A stretch of DNA of 64,000 nucleotides from an uncultured Bacteroidota bacterium (GTDB lineage Bacteria; Bacteroidota; Ignavibacteria; Kryptoniales; JAKASW01): NCBI GenBank assembly GCA_963806435.1, contig CAWEBD010000113.1, positions 3,520 to 67,519 of the forward strand. The letters are read 5' to 3'. Under the pieces are notes generated by a model, which did not search any database, was not told where the DNA came from, and saw only the letters and a program-made list of their open reading frames with translations. This document shows, piece by piece, positions 19,341-34,546 of this stretch (within the stretch, counting starts at the first letter, position 1; each line of letters opens with the position of its first letter). A program made the translations under genes and the position numbers.

Positions 19341-19783
19341 TTGTTTCCGACTATTACAGGCACGCCGGACGCTATCCGCCGCTGTCTGCGCTATATCTTA
19401 ATGAATGGGTTGGAAAAAGCAAAGGCTGTCGGCATCCGATGAATCGGACAGCTCTATCGGCAGAAAACCCTCCGGGTTTCGTGCTTCGTCAGCCGTTGAT
19501 TTGAATCGACGCCACTTCTAATTATGAATCGAAAAATGGATCCGAACGAGACCATGGGAAAGCTCAAAAGAAAAGAACAATGTCATTTCGAATACCGCTT
19601 TGCGGGATGAGAAATCTTCCATGGGAGACTACCAGTCCAAGTGTACGGGTCTCTCGCACAGGATTCCTCCGCTCGTCCGTCCGCCGTTCGCGCACAGACT
19701 CACCCGGTCGGAATGACTTTGGTGGTCTCGCGACAGACTCGAGTATAGACAGCCTCCCTAATGAACTGATCAGAGAGCGGATT

Positions 19784-21489
19784 CTATCCCTTTTCTATCT
19801 TCGCCCAGGTGTCGCGAAGCGTGACGGTCCGGTTGAACAAAAGACTGCCTGGCCTGGACTCGTCATCCACGCAGTAATAGCCGAGTCTCTCGAACTGGAA
19901 ACGGTCCTGCGGCTTGGCCTTCGCCAACCCCGGCTCGACCTTGCAACCTTTCACAACTTCCAGCGAATTGGGATTCAGGGAGGCTTTCCAGTTTTCGCCG
20001 CCCGGATCGGGGACATTGAAGAGCCTGTCGTAGACTCTCGCCTCTGCGTCCACGGCATGTTGCGCGGACACCCAGTGAATCGTCCCCTTCACCTTCCGCT
20101 GACTCGCGGGCGAACCGCTCTTCGTATCGGGATCGTACGTACACTTTAGTTCGGTAATGGCACCTGTTTTCGGATCCTTCACGACTCCGGTGCACTTGAT
20201 AATATACGCGTAGCGCAACCTCACCTCCGCGCCCGGCGAAAGTCTGAAATATTTCTTCGGTGGGTCCTCACGGAAGTCATCCTGTTCGATGTAGAGCACT
20301 TTCGAGAACGGTATCTTGCGCGTTCCCATCGACTCGTCTTCAGGATTGTTCACGGCTTCGAGCTCTTCCACCTGTCCGTCGGGATAATTCTCGATCACGA
20401 GTCTGACGGGGTGAAGCACGGCCATGACGCGCTGTGCGCGCTTGTTCAGGCCAGCCCTGAGACAGTCTTCGAGAACGGAAACATCAATTACGCTGTCGGC
20501 TTTCGAGACGCCGATACGGTCGGCGAAGAGCCTGATCGACTCGGGCGTGTATCCGCGCCGGCGGAGTCCAGAAATGGTCGGCATGCGAGGATCGTTCCAA
20601 CCGTTAACATGCCCTTCCTGGACGAGCTGGAGAAGCCTCCTCTTGCTCATCACCGTGTATGTCAGATTCAGCCGCGCGAACTCGATCTGTCGCGGATGGA
20701 AGATCCCGAGTTGTTCGACGAACCAGTAGTAGAGCGGCCTGTGGTCTTCGAACTCGAGAGTGCAGATCGAGTGCGTGATACCCTCTATCGAATCGGACTG
20801 ACCGTGAGCCCAGTCGTACATAGGATAAATACACCACGTGTCGCCGGTGCGGTGGTGAGTTGCGTGAAGGATCCGGTACATCACCGGGTCGCGCATGTTG
20901 ATGTTCGGCGATGACATGTCTACCTTCGCTCGTAATGTCTTTGAGCCGTCGGGGAACTCCCCCTTCTTCATCCTCTCGAAGAGGTCGAGGTTCTCCTCGA
21001 TCGGGCGGTTCCTGTATGGGCTGTCCTTGCCCGGTTCTGTAAGCGTTCCTCTGTGTTCCCTGATCTGGTCGGCATTTAAGTCGTCGACATATGCCTTTCC
21101 CTTCTTGATCAGTATGACCGCATAATCGTATACCTTCTCGAAGTAGTCGGAGGCGTAATACAACCTGTTCTCCCAATCGAATCCGAGCCAGCGTATGTCC
21201 TCCTGTATCGACTCGACATATTCAACGTCTTCCTTCGTTGGGTTCGTGTCGTCGAACCTGAGATTGCAGAGACCCTTGTAATCCTTCGCGGTACCGAAAT
21301 TCAGGCAGATGGATTTCGCGTGGCCGATATGGAGATAGCCGTTCGGCTCCGGGGGGAACCGCGTGTGAACAGTTTCGTATTTGCCGCTCTTGAGATCGTC
21401 GTCAACGATATCGCGTATGAAATTCCTTTTTTCGGGCGTCGCGCCTGCGGATTCCTCAGATGCCAATTTCTTATCTTCTTCCATGGATG

Positions 21490-21493
<4 letters not shown>
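19784..21493 (-). CDS. glnS: glutaminyl-tRNA synthetase
   Basis: 569 aa with [14 protein letters not shown] (HIGH) and VMSKRRL (KMSKS). Length and C-terminal region are GlnRS-like. Confidence 0.9.
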
Positions 21494-24358
<2,865 letters not shown>

Positions 24359-24360
24359 TT

Positions 24361-25905
24361 TTACCTCGCCCGCTGAAAATGGATCGTGACGGTGGTGCCT
24401 ACGCCGGCCTTCGTTTCAATATTGACCGCGGCGTCGTTCAGCTCGAACAACCGGTTGGAAATAGAGAGGCCCATCCCGGTTGCTCCCTCTTTCGTCGTGT
24501 AAAATGGTTCGATCGCGAGTTTCACGACGTCTTCATCCATGCCCACGCCCGTATCGGAAATGCGAAGTATGATCTCTCCGTCGGGGCCGCTATCCTCAAG
24601 CCTGAAAAGGAGTTTGCCGCCATTCGGCATCGCTTCGATCGCGTTCTCGACGATATTGAGGATACCGTGAAGTACCTGGGATTTGTCGGCAAATATCGTG
24701 TCATTCGTCTCCCCCCTTTCGATGGAGAGATTGATCCTTGACTTCTGGAGCGAGGTCTTCGCCAGCCCGGCAATCTCATTGAGGATGCTCCCGAGCCTGA
24801 TCGGGGATTTAGCGGGGGCCTGGGGCTGGGCGAAGTTCATCGTTTCCCTGATGACCTTCTCGATCGCATTGACGCCCTCGAGCGCGGGTTTGGTGAATTT
24901 CTTCTCGGCTGAATTTTCCTCCATGCTCCGTTCAAGATACTGGAGATTGACAGACACCACGTTCAGAGGATTCCTGATCTCATGCACCAGGCCGTGCGAG
25001 AGCCGGCCGAGCGCGCGCAGCTTGTCGAGCGCTATAAACCGCTCCAGCCACTCCTTGCGCCTCGTCACGTTCCTGAGAATTATGAGGTAAAGATTGTCGT
25101 CCGTACCGACAGGTGCGCCGCTTATATCCAGGACAATTCTCGAACTGCCGTGTTCATACGTACTCTCGAACTGGACCGATTCGCCCCGGCCAATCTTCTC
25201 AACGAGAAGTTCGCCGAACGGCTTCAGCTCATCGAGCTTCTTTTGCGAAATAACTTTGTCGGTCAACTTGAGGATTTTCCGGGCATGAATGTTCGATTCG
25301 GTGATTTCGTTCGTAAGCTGGTTAATCAGCAAAATCCCGTCATTGGCGGACGCGAACAGTTGCCTGTATTTTCTCCGCTCATGTTCAAGCTGGGTGTTCC
25401 TTTCGACCAGTCTACGGTTGACATTCTCCAGCTCCGACATTTTTGACTCGAGCCTGCGAAACAGGATGGCATTGTATCCCTTGAGGTATTCCCCCTCTTC
25501 GAGCGAAGCTGATTCTCCCGGGACGCTCTTCGGCGCGGCCTTGCGGTTACTGATATGATTCAGAGTGGAGAGGAGTTCGTCAGCGTTACCCGTCTTCCTG
25601 AGAACCTTGGTGGCCCCGACGCTCATGGCAAACTGTTCATCCGCATCCCCCACGTATTCCCCCGTCAAAATGACGACCGGCAGGTTCTTGTGAGTTTCAT
25701 CAGCCCGGATTGTTCTGCACAGAACAAACCCGTCCATACGGGGCATCAAGGCGTCAGAAATGACGGCGTCAAATCTGTTCGTACGAATCACATCCAACGC
25801 TTCGTAGCCGTCGGATGCGGTATCGACTGAATGCCCTTCGGCCTTAAGAATCTCCGACAGGGCGATACTATTTTCGGGTTCGTCGTCTACCAGTAAGATG
25901 TGCAT
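24361..25905 (-). CDS. sensor histidine kinase with an N-terminal receiver domain
   Basis: A receiver domain (MHILLVDDEP...), a coiled-coil/PAS-like middle region, the H-box LSHGLVHEIRNPLN and an HATPase region (DTGVGMD, GMGLSIS). Confidence 0.85.
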   Translation of the reverse strand: MHILLVDDEPENSIALSEILKAEGHSVDTASDGYEALDVIRTNRFDAVISDALMPRMDGFVLCRTIRADETHKNLPVVILTGEYVGDADEQFAMSVGATKVLRKTGNADELLSTLNHISNRKAAPKSVPGESASLEEGEYLKGYNAILFRRLESKMSELENVNRRLVERNTQLEHERRKYRQLFASANDGILLINQLTNEITESNIHARKILKLTDKVISQKKLDELKPFGELLVEKIGRGESVQFESTYEHGSSRIVLDISGAPVGTDDNLYLIILRNVTRRKEWLERFIALDKLRALGRLSHGLVHEIRNPLNVVSVNLQYLERSMEENSAEKKFTKPALEGVNAIEKVIRETMNFAQPQAPAKSPIRLGSILNEIAGLAKTSLQKSRINLSIERGETNDTIFADKSQVLHGILNIVENAIEAMPNGGKLLFRLEDSGPDGEIILRISDTGVGMDEDVVKLAIEPFYTTKEGATGMGLSISNRLFELNDAAVNIETKAGVGTTVTIHFQRAR

Positions 25906-26046
25906 TATTCAGCAAGCATTGACAAGTATTTTAACTAAACACGGCAAAAATTGCAATGAAGGTGGGAGGGACGAATCAAGGACCGGAAGCAACCCCGCGG
26001 CACTCTGCCCCACTAAACGATCACCGATCCCCCAACCGACCGGAGT

Positions 26047-27168
26047 TCACCGGCTGTCAAGAAAGTCTTTGACCAGTCGATTTACCTGCTCGAACTCGAT
26101 TAGAAACGCGTCATGTCCATGGACCGATTGGATTTCCGCGTAACGCGCGTTCGGAATCAATTCCGCAAGCCCACGTTGCTCGACGGCAGGATAGAGTTCG
26201 TCCGAATTGATGCCGACACAGATTGTTTTCGCCCGCACGGAAGACAGGACATCAACGAGGTTCCCACGGCCGCGCGCAACATCGTGCAGATCCATCGCCC
26301 GCGTGATGTATATGTACGTATTCGCGTCAAACCGCTCTACCAGCTTTACTCCCTGGTAATGAAGGTAGCTTTCCACCTGGAAAATGTTCTTCGGGTCGAA
26401 AAACTCCCTGCCGTCGCCGCCAAGCATCCTCTCTCTCTGAAACCTCATCGTAAATGATTCGGGACTCCTGTAGCTTATCATCGCGATCATCCTGGCAAGC
26501 GCAAGCCCGCGGGAAGGCTGACCCGAGGCGTAGTAATTGCCGTTCATGTACGCGGGGTCGTTTAGTATTGCCTGGCGCGCCACTTCGTTCAACCCGATGC
26601 CCCACGCGGTATGGCTGGCTCCTGTGGCGATCGGGACAGCCCGCTCGGCGAAGTCAGGATACATAATCATCCATTCGAGTACCTGCATCCCGCCCATCGA
26701 ACCGCCGATTACCAGCTGCAGTTTCTCCACGCCGAGCCATTCGAGCAGCCGCTTCTGAACCCGCACCATATCACGAATTGTTGTCGTCGGGAAAGAAGTC
26801 CCGTACTCCCGCATCGATACCGGGTTCATGGACGACGGGCCGGTAGTGCCGTAACAACCCGACAATATGTTCGAACAGACGATGAAGTACTTCGTGGTAT
26901 CGAGCGCTTTCCCGGGGCCTATGATTGCGTCCCACCAGCCGGGGACCTTATCCTCCTCCGAACTATAAGAGCCGGCGTGCGCGCTCCCGGTCAGCGCGTG
27001 GCAAACCAGTATGCCGTTGGTTCCCTCGCTGTTGAGTTCGCCGTACGTTTCAAACGCAACGTCAATCGGACCCAGCTTCGCGCCGGAATCGAAGTGAAAA
27101 GGCTCGGCTTCAGTGTAAAGCCGAACCTTCTGAGTTCTAATAATAGACTTCGATAGTGTCTCTATCAT
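26047..27168 (-). CDS. metX: homoserine O-acetyltransferase
   Basis: 373 aa alpha/beta hydrolase with GGSMGGMQ and typical MetX N-terminal blocks (ILVCHALTGSAH). Confidence 0.85.
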   Translation of the reverse strand: MIETLSKSIIRTQKVRLYTEAEPFHFDSGAKLGPIDVAFETYGELNSEGTNGILVCHALTGSAHAGSYSSEEDKVPGWWDAIIGPGKALDTTKYFIVCSNILSGCYGTTGPSSMNPVSMREYGTSFPTTTIRDMVRVQKRLLEWLGVEKLQLVIGGSMGGMQVLEWMIMYPDFAERAVPIATGASHTAWGIGLNEVARQAILNDPAYMNGNYYASGQPSRGLALARMIAMISYRSPESFTMRFQRERMLGGDGREFFDPKNIFQVESYLHYQGVKLVERFDANTYIYITRAMDLHDVARGRGNLVDVLSSVRAKTICVGINSDELYPAVEQRGLAELIPNARYAEIQSVHGHDAFLIEFEQVNRLVKDFLDSR

Positions 27169-27183
27169 GCCTTTCCTGTCATG

Positions 27184-28518
<1,335 letters not shown>

Positions 28519-28549
28519 CTATTTCTCCTCTTCTGATTTTTAGTTTTCC

Positions 28550-28744
28550 TTAAACGAAAAAACCTCCTCCTGCACTGAGAATGATGGCAAGAAGAGGTTC
28601 TGATTCTTGGCTCATCTTCCCCGTGCAGCCCTTCCTCGAACCATGGACGGGTACGGGCAGGAATTAGCACCGGACCCACGACACTTGTCGAGGCGGTTGC
28701 CAGGGTTTCGTTGGGCCTGATCCCTCCACCCTTCTTGATGAAAT
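28550..28744 (-). promoter_or_regulatory. SAM-I (S-box) riboswitch with an intrinsic terminator, leader of metY-metX
   Basis: The minus strand reads UCAUCAAGAAGGGUGGAGGGAUCAGGCCCAACGAAACCCUGGCAACC...GGUGCUAAUUCCUGC...GAAGAUGA, which matches the SAM-I core. It is followed by the stem AACCUCUUCUUGC/GCAGGAGGAGGUU and UUUUU. Confidence 0.8.
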
Positions 28745-28932
28745 GGAAAAACTCTTTAAAAGAACTTCTTTAATATACTAATCTGGAAATTAAAGTCAAG
28801 TATCAGGCCTGGGAATTTTTTTCCGGACTTAGTTTTCCTTTGCACCGAAGCCTGCGGCGGTTAAACACTGGAATTTAAATCAATAATGAAACCACCGATC
28901 CGGATTAATACGAATAGCACGAATGAAAAGAC

Positions 28933-29136
28933 CTGGTGTAGTGAACCACAAACGCCTTGGCTTTTTATTTCACGCAAAGTGCGCCAGGAATCGCAAAGCG
29001 CGCAAAGAGAGAATAATTTTTCATCAGCGATCTTTGCGATTGGTTGAAATCTTTGCGTACTCTGCGTGAAACAAATTCTTAGTGCTATAACTGAAAACTG
29101 GTTCAAAAGTAAAGAAGCGTCGGGGACACTACACTA
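28933..29136. repeat. MITE-like element with terminal inverted repeats CTGGTGTAGTGAACCAC / GTCGGGGACACTACACTA
   Basis: Homologous to 49930-50075. The internal inverted repeats are TCGCAAAGCGCGCAAAGAGA and TCTTTGCGTACTCTGCGTGA. Confidence 0.55.
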
Positions 29137-29312
29137 TTCGAATGGCCGAACAATACGAATTATGGGCGTTCTACTAGCGTTGTTCGTAAAATGCCGTTCC
29201 GCGGCGAGCTGATTTGAATTCGCCTGATTCGTGTCCATTGATTAGTCTTGTCGACTGTATCGTCTCCGAAAATAGCTGTGGCTTGACTGGACCGGATTGG
29301 CTATTTTCGTTC

Positions 29313-29786
29313 ATGAAACTTACAGCATACCTGTCTGGCGGAATGGAGTACGCGGACAACTACGGGGCAGATTGGCGAAGCGATCTTGAAACATGGTTGA
29401 AGGATAAACTGGCACACGATTGTTTCAATCCCGTGCGGGCAAGTGAAGTGTTTCTGGAAACGCGTTATCCCGGTGTGGACTTCCGCGTGTCAAAGCTCAA
29501 CGATTTCGAAAAGCACAGACAAATCGCGAAAGAGATTGTGCAGCTAGACTCGCGCGAGATAATTCTCCGCAGCGACTATGTGATCTGCTATTACGACGAT
29601 AGCGCTCAGCGCGGCGCCGGCACCAAAGGCGAGCTGACGATCGCGGCGCTGCTGGGCAAGCCGGTGTATTTTATCAGAGGAATGGATATCTCCGCCATCC
29701 CGAGCTGGGTGATCGGCTGCGCCGACGAAATTTTCGACAGCTTCGACGAGCTCAAAAAATTTCTCGGCAAAGAATACTCCCGGTGA
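29313..29786 (+). CDS. nucleoside 2-deoxyribosyltransferase-like protein
   Basis: 157 aa starting MKLTAYLSGGMEY. The pattern YLSGG...WR...NP...D...SD.VI....S.GT..E...A...GKPVY is typical of that fold. Confidence 0.55.
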   Translation: MKLTAYLSGGMEYADNYGADWRSDLETWLKDKLAHDCFNPVRASEVFLETRYPGVDFRVSKLNDFEKHRQIAKEIVQLDSREIILRSDYVICYYDDSAQRGAGTKGELTIAALLGKPVYFIRGMDISAIPSWVIGCADEIFDSFDELKKFLGKEYSR

Positions 29787-29789
29787 TCC

Positions 29790-32720
29790 TCACTTGAGGA
29801 CCACGATCTTCCTCACCTGAACATAATCCTGATTACCTGAAGCCGCCATCAACCTCACGAAGTAAACGCCGCTCGCGAGCCCGCTGCTCGACATAGAGAT
29901 TGGGTATGGCCCCCCCTTCGGATACGTCCCGTCGGCGAGGGTCCGGACTTTCTCACCGAGCACGTTGTAAACATCGATAGTGATTCTTGATTGCGCCTTC
30001 AATGCGAAGGAGACGACGGTGCTGGGGTTGAACGGGTTAGGATAGTTCTGGTATAGTTCGGCCAGAGTTGCCAATGTCGGAGGAGTCGTCCCCCCTCCGG
30101 TAATCCCGTTGATGAGTACCCTCGCGACAGCCACGGCCTTCTCCAGGTTCTGAAGCGTGTCGCCAGCCGCAAGGATGAATGAGAGCACCGTGTCAGAACC
30201 GGGCCCGATGGAGACTGGTCCACCGGAAACAACCATTGAAATGTCGCTCGGACCGGCGTGGTTGTCGGCAGTTCCACTCGAGAGTGCCTCCCATTTGTAC
30301 AGCTTCGAAAACCCGTTGTAGATGCCGTTGGAAGCGGCGTTGTCTATCGCCATGTAATTGGGTGACGCCCCCCCGATTAGAGCGCATCCCGTATAAGTCC
30401 TCGGAACTCTTGTCGTGTTGTAGGCGTAACCTAACTGGTAAGCACTGTCGTACGCAGCAATGTTGTTCTGGCCGCTCGGCCCAATGTCCCAGTCGAGAAA
30501 GAGCCCTGCATAGAAGTTGTTTATTCTTGCTGAATCAAGATTGTGAATCTTATACTGGAGCACGATGAAATTATCTGTTGAATCGCGATGGTACGCATAG
30601 GTATGAAGAGTCACCTGGATTCCGATCCTGTTTGACGTGGCGTTACTGTCATTAAACGTCAGGATCGATTCCTGGTCTGCAGTCTGCCCCGGCGATTGCA
30701 CGCTCACGAGACCCACCGGCTGAAAGTCGTTATCCTCTTCCGCGGCATTCGTCGTCGAATCCCGTGCTACATCGACGACCTGCGAAGCGGAAGTTCCCGC
30801 CATGAACGCGCCTTCGAACAGCAAACTATCGTTGTCCGGAAGGTAAATGAAGCCGTTTCCCTGCAAATTATTCGGGTAATCATTGAAACCTATATTCCCC
30901 TTCGCCGTCGCCGTCGTCGCAATATTGTTGATCTGCAGAGCTCTGAATGTCGGATTCAGGAGTACGGTAAATCCCTTGTAATCACTGTAGCTCCCGTCGT
31001 TGATTTCGACTACAAAAGTCGCGACATGACCGGCGGGAGTGCCGGAATTAACCTTGAAGCTCAGAGGGTTGCTACCCAGGTCATAAGTGCCGTCTGTGTG
31101 AAGCGAGCCTATTTGCTCCGTTCCATTCACGATCGTTACATACGGATCATTTGTCGTGAGAGTCAGGACCAGGTCGGATGTGGGGCTGAGCCAGTCGGTG
31201 GCTGTCCCCAGGACTCTCACCGTCTCTCCGTCTGTGAATACTCCGTCGTTGTTTCCGCCGATCGAATCGCTCAGTGTAATGCCGCTCAACTCGACGGCGG
31301 GCGAGGATACGGTAAGGGCCCTGTAAGCATTGACTCTTCCGAATCCGAGCATATGGACATAGCTCGTATTCAGATCGTCGATATTATCCGCGCTCACACG
31401 AACCTGTTCGAGTACTTGTTGTGGACTATAGTTTGGGTGTTCGCTTGCCACGAGTGCCGCCACGCCGGCCGCGCAGGGGGATGCCATTGAAGTTCCGCTG
31501 AGCGCTTCATACGAGTCAGTTCCGTATGTCGACCAAATCGCGAGGCCCGGCGCAGAGACTGAAACGTTATAACTGTAATTCGTGAAGTAAGTCGCGAGGT
31601 CACTCCGGTCTGTGGCAGCGACTGAAAGGACGTTGTCATAGTAGGCCGGTGTTTGAAATTCAGTGGAATGATCGTTTCCGGCGGCTGACACCACCAGCGC
31701 CCCCTTCGCAGTGGCATAATCAATGACGTCCTGTTCATATTGCGAATATCCGACCCCGCCCCAACTGCAATTGATGACGCGCGCGCCGTGGTCCGCGGCG
31801 TAAATTATTCCTTCGAATCCATAGACGACATACGGCTCGCCCGTGCTTGGATCAGTTAGATCCGCTTCGGTAACCTTCACGGCCATAATCCTGCAATGCG
31901 GCGCTACACCGGCAACGCCTATCCCGTTGTTTGCAACCGCAGCCACAATTCCTGCTACGTGAGTTCCGTGCTCATACGGCGGGGGAAAATCCTCCTCGGG
32001 GTTATCATCCGGTGTGGCACCTCCACTTCCCGTGCCCTTACCGCCAAAATCCCACCCGATGGAATCACCCGGATAATTTGTATCCGTTTGCCAGTTCGGA
32101 TTGTGCCAGATGTTCGCGTAAAGATCGGGATGCATCCAGTTGACTCCGGTATCGACAATTCCGACGACAACGCTCGAATCACCTTCGGTGATGTTCCATG
32201 CGTTGAACGCCTGTATTAACGACAGCGCGTATTGATCCGCGATGAGAGAATCGTTCGGCGTAAAATTCACGTCGCTCACCTTGTAGATATAGTGCGGCTC
32301 GGCATACTGCACGTTCGGGTTCATGCTGAGCGTCTTCGCCATCAGAGCAGGAGTTACAGTACTTGAGTAATGAACGATGAATATGTTGCTCAACGCTTGC
32401 GATGCCTTGTCAAGCTTCATATGCATTGTTTGCAGAAGCGCCTGCATCCCTGTAGGGTTTGCCTCGGTCACAATCTTCTTCTCAAGGCCTGGGACCTTGA
32501 ACAGTTCCTGAACCGACGGTGTGATTCCGGGCTTGAATTTCACGATGACCACACCGGGAAGGGCCAGTTTGTTGGGATCGATTGTCGACATGCTTCCGTG
32601 TATTCCCAGCGTGCCGGCGCCGCCTCTCACCGAAGCGTAAAGACTTGTTGTCTCCGCCGACACCAGCAGCACCACCGTGACCGCGATGAAGGCTTCTACC
32701 GAACCGAGTTTTAAGTTCAA
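29790..32720 (-). CDS. subtilisin-like S8 serine protease with a T9SS C-terminal sorting domain
   Basis: Catalytic motifs VGIVDTGV, HGTHVAGIVAA and SGTSMASPCAAG. The C-terminus is NYPNPFNPSTVVSF...GVYFVRL. Confidence 0.9.
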   Translation of the reverse strand: MNLKLGSVEAFIAVTVVLLVSAETTSLYASVRGGAGTLGIHGSMSTIDPNKLALPGVVIVKFKPGITPSVQELFKVPGLEKKIVTEANPTGMQALLQTMHMKLDKASQALSNIFIVHYSSTVTPALMAKTLSMNPNVQYAEPHYIYKVSDVNFTPNDSLIADQYALSLIQAFNAWNITEGDSSVVVGIVDTGVNWMHPDLYANIWHNPNWQTDTNYPGDSIGWDFGGKGTGSGGATPDDNPEEDFPPPYEHGTHVAGIVAAVANNGIGVAGVAPHCRIMAVKVTEADLTDPSTGEPYVVYGFEGIIYAADHGARVINCSWGGVGYSQYEQDVIDYATAKGALVVSAAGNDHSTEFQTPAYYDNVLSVAATDRSDLATYFTNYSYNVSVSAPGLAIWSTYGTDSYEALSGTSMASPCAAGVAALVASEHPNYSPQQVLEQVRVSADNIDDLNTSYVHMLGFGRVNAYRALTVSSPAVELSGITLSDSIGGNNDGVFTDGETVRVLGTATDWLSPTSDLVLTLTTNDPYVTIVNGTEQIGSLHTDGTYDLGSNPLSFKVNSGTPAGHVATFVVEINDGSYSDYKGFTVLLNPTFRALQINNIATTATAKGNIGFNDYPNNLQGNGFIYLPDNDSLLFEGAFMAGTSASQVVDVARDSTTNAAEEDNDFQPVGLVSVQSPGQTADQESILTFNDSNATSNRIGIQVTLHTYAYHRDSTDNFIVLQYKIHNLDSARINNFYAGLFLDWDIGPSGQNNIAAYDSAYQLGYAYNTTRVPRTYTGCALIGGASPNYMAIDNAASNGIYNGFSKLYKWEALSSGTADNHAGPSDISMVVSGGPVSIGPGSDTVLSFILAAGDTLQNLEKAVAVARVLINGITGGGTTPPTLATLAELYQNYPNPFNPSTVVSFALKAQSRITIDVYNVLGEKVRTLADGTYPKGGPYPISMSSSGLASGVYFVRLMAASGNQDYVQVRKIVVLK

Positions 32721-32864
32721 GAATTACTCCTTGTGCTATGTCAATCTAAAATCGCAGATTATACCAATCAACAAACAAAAAGGGCTGCAAGGTTCAACCC
32801 AATACAGCCCAAGTCAGATCGAAAATGTATTTGCGCGGCGTGGAGAAGCGCCGCGCCCAACAGC

Positions 32865-33824
32865 CTAAATAGATATTCCGAGACCTACCGTGACCGCGTT
32901 CATCGCGCCCATACTGTAATCTCCATTTATCATCAGAGGTCCGAGTCCCAGGTTCAAACCCACAAGCGCTCGGAACTTGTTCTTTCCCTTCAAAGAGAAA
33001 GAAACGGGGACCGCCTGCAGGCCCTGACCGGGATTGTAGGTGTAGCTCACGTCGACGCTGGAGCTCTCCATCTGGAGACCTCCGTAAAGGGTCAGGATGG
33101 CAAAGGTCTTGCTCACCTCAAGGTTAGCGGCAAATGTCGAGGCTTTCAAGATGTTTCCGCCGGATGAATCCTTCAACGTAAAATTCTGGAACCCGATCTG
33201 CACAGCGATGTCGACCGGAACAAGAGGGATGTACTGGCTGATGCTGTGTCTCACGGCAATTCCGAAAAGTTGTACCGAACCGTAATCTGACAGCGAGATT
33301 TTCGGAAGGAAGCGAACCAGTACATCGGTGCCGAAAATGCTCCCGATACCGATCTGGGGTATCGGTAAAGGCGCGATGCTTGTATTTACCAAACCTCCGA
33401 TCGTATTCATTGAATCAACCGGCACGAGGGGATTGTCAGGTGTAACGACAACTTTTCCCGGTTCTTTGCTCCCAAAAACTGTCGGAGCGTTTGTCACTGT
33501 ATAGGTAGCTGGTTGTTTACCGAACAATGGACTATACAGCGTGTCCTGATAAGTCATGCTGAACGATTTATCGGAGCTCGCCATGAGCGCGCCGCTCACC
33601 TGGACGCCGACGTAGAGGTGCAGTCCAAACGGAAGAATACCACTCATGCTCGCCGAGTGAAATAGCCCTGAATTCATATCAACACCGAAGGCGTTGACCA
33701 AGGGGGCCACATACGCTTGGCCGTACTGCGAACCCACCTGGCCTAGAGAGCCTCCCAGATCCTGTGCTCTCACGACACCCGCGAGGGCAAAAACTAGCAA
33801 AGCTGCGGATACTGCCTTTCGCAT
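32865..33824 (-). CDS. putative outer-membrane beta-barrel protein
   Basis: Signal peptide MRKAVSAALLVFALAGVVRAQ. The sequence is Gly/Ser-rich with an alternating pattern and ends ...VTVGLGISI. It lies directly upstream of the S8/T9SS cargo gene. Confidence 0.5.
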   Translation of the reverse strand: MRKAVSAALLVFALAGVVRAQDLGGSLGQVGSQYGQAYVAPLVNAFGVDMNSGLFHSASMSGILPFGLHLYVGVQVSGALMASSDKSFSMTYQDTLYSPLFGKQPATYTVTNAPTVFGSKEPGKVVVTPDNPLVPVDSMNTIGGLVNTSIAPLPIPQIGIGSIFGTDVLVRFLPKISLSDYGSVQLFGIAVRHSISQYIPLVPVDIAVQIGFQNFTLKDSSGGNILKASTFAANLEVSKTFAILTLYGGLQMESSSVDVSYTYNPGQGLQAVPVSFSLKGKNKFRALVGLNLGLGPLMINGDYSMGAMNAVTVGLGISI

Positions 33825-33904
33825 CTTACCTCCTGATTTTTTGACAATTTAGTCTGTCTCCTGAAGAAGCAATGTGCCATATATCAATGTAAGAAGACGC
33901 CAAA

Positions 33905-34546
33905 TCATCGCTTTAAGGCCTCATTCAGGCGCTTCGTTACTTCCTTAATTTCACCAATGCCATCGACTTCAACAAGCAATTTCTTTCGCGCGTAAAAGTC
34001 CTTCACGGGCTTAGTCTGATTCAGGTAGACATCAAATCTTCTCAGAATGGTCTCTTCTTTGTCATCGTCCCTCTGATATAGTTCTCCGCCGCACTTCGGG
34101 CACCTGGAGTCTTCCACCTTATCGACCGATAAATTGAATATCGCCCCGCAGTTCCTGCAGACGCGTCTCGAAGTCAGCCTTCGCAGGAGAACATCCCTGT
34201 CGACTTCCATACTCACCACTTTATTCACCGCGATGCCCGCCCTCTCGAACACTTTGTCCAGCGCCTCAGCCTGGGGAAGAGTCCTTGGAAATCCGTCGAG
34301 AATAAAACCGTTCTTCGCATCGGGCTCCTTCAGCCTGTCCTGGATAATCCCGATCACGACGTCATCGGGCACAAGTTCTCCCCTGTCCATAAATGTCCTG
34401 GCCTTCTTTCCGAGCTCGGTACCATTGGCGATAGCCGCCCTCAATATGTCGCCCGACGCAATGTGCACGATGCCGAGTTCGCCTGATAGAATTTTTGCCT
34501 GTGTTCCCTTCCCGACTCCGGGAGGTCCGAATAAAATTACTCTCAT
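33905..34546 (-). CDS. adk: adenylate kinase
   Basis: P-loop GPPGVGKGTQ and the zinc lid CRNCG...CPKCG. Confidence 0.9.
   Translation of the reverse strand: MRVILFGPPGVGKGTQAKILSGELGIVHIASGDILRAAIANGTELGKKARTFMDRGELVPDDVVIGIIQDRLKEPDAKNGFILDGFPRTLPQAEALDKVFERAGIAVNKVVSMEVDRDVLLRRLTSRRVCRNCGAIFNLSVDKVEDSRCPKCGGELYQRDDDKEETILRRFDVYLNQTKPVKDFYARKKLLVEVDGIGEIKEVTKRLNEALKR

Noticed and set aside
19441-19783. ORF 19580-20149 and possible small-RNA content in the comM-glnS intergenic region
   Set aside because: The ORF overlaps glnS antisense. The region contains REP-like strings (…GTCATTTCGAATACCGCTTTGCGGGATGAGAAATC…) but no structure I can assign to a known RNA family.
24361-25905. The receiver-first histidine kinase plus NtrC-type regulator as an unusual signalling system
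   Set aside because: The domain orders (REC-PAS-HisKA-HATPase and REC-AAA-Fis) are common. Nothing in the sequence suggests novelty.
28861-29106. 81-aa ORF between the riboswitch and the deoxyribosyltransferase-like gene
   Set aside because: It is made entirely of the MITE-like repeat also found at 49930-50075, and it shows no coding signal.
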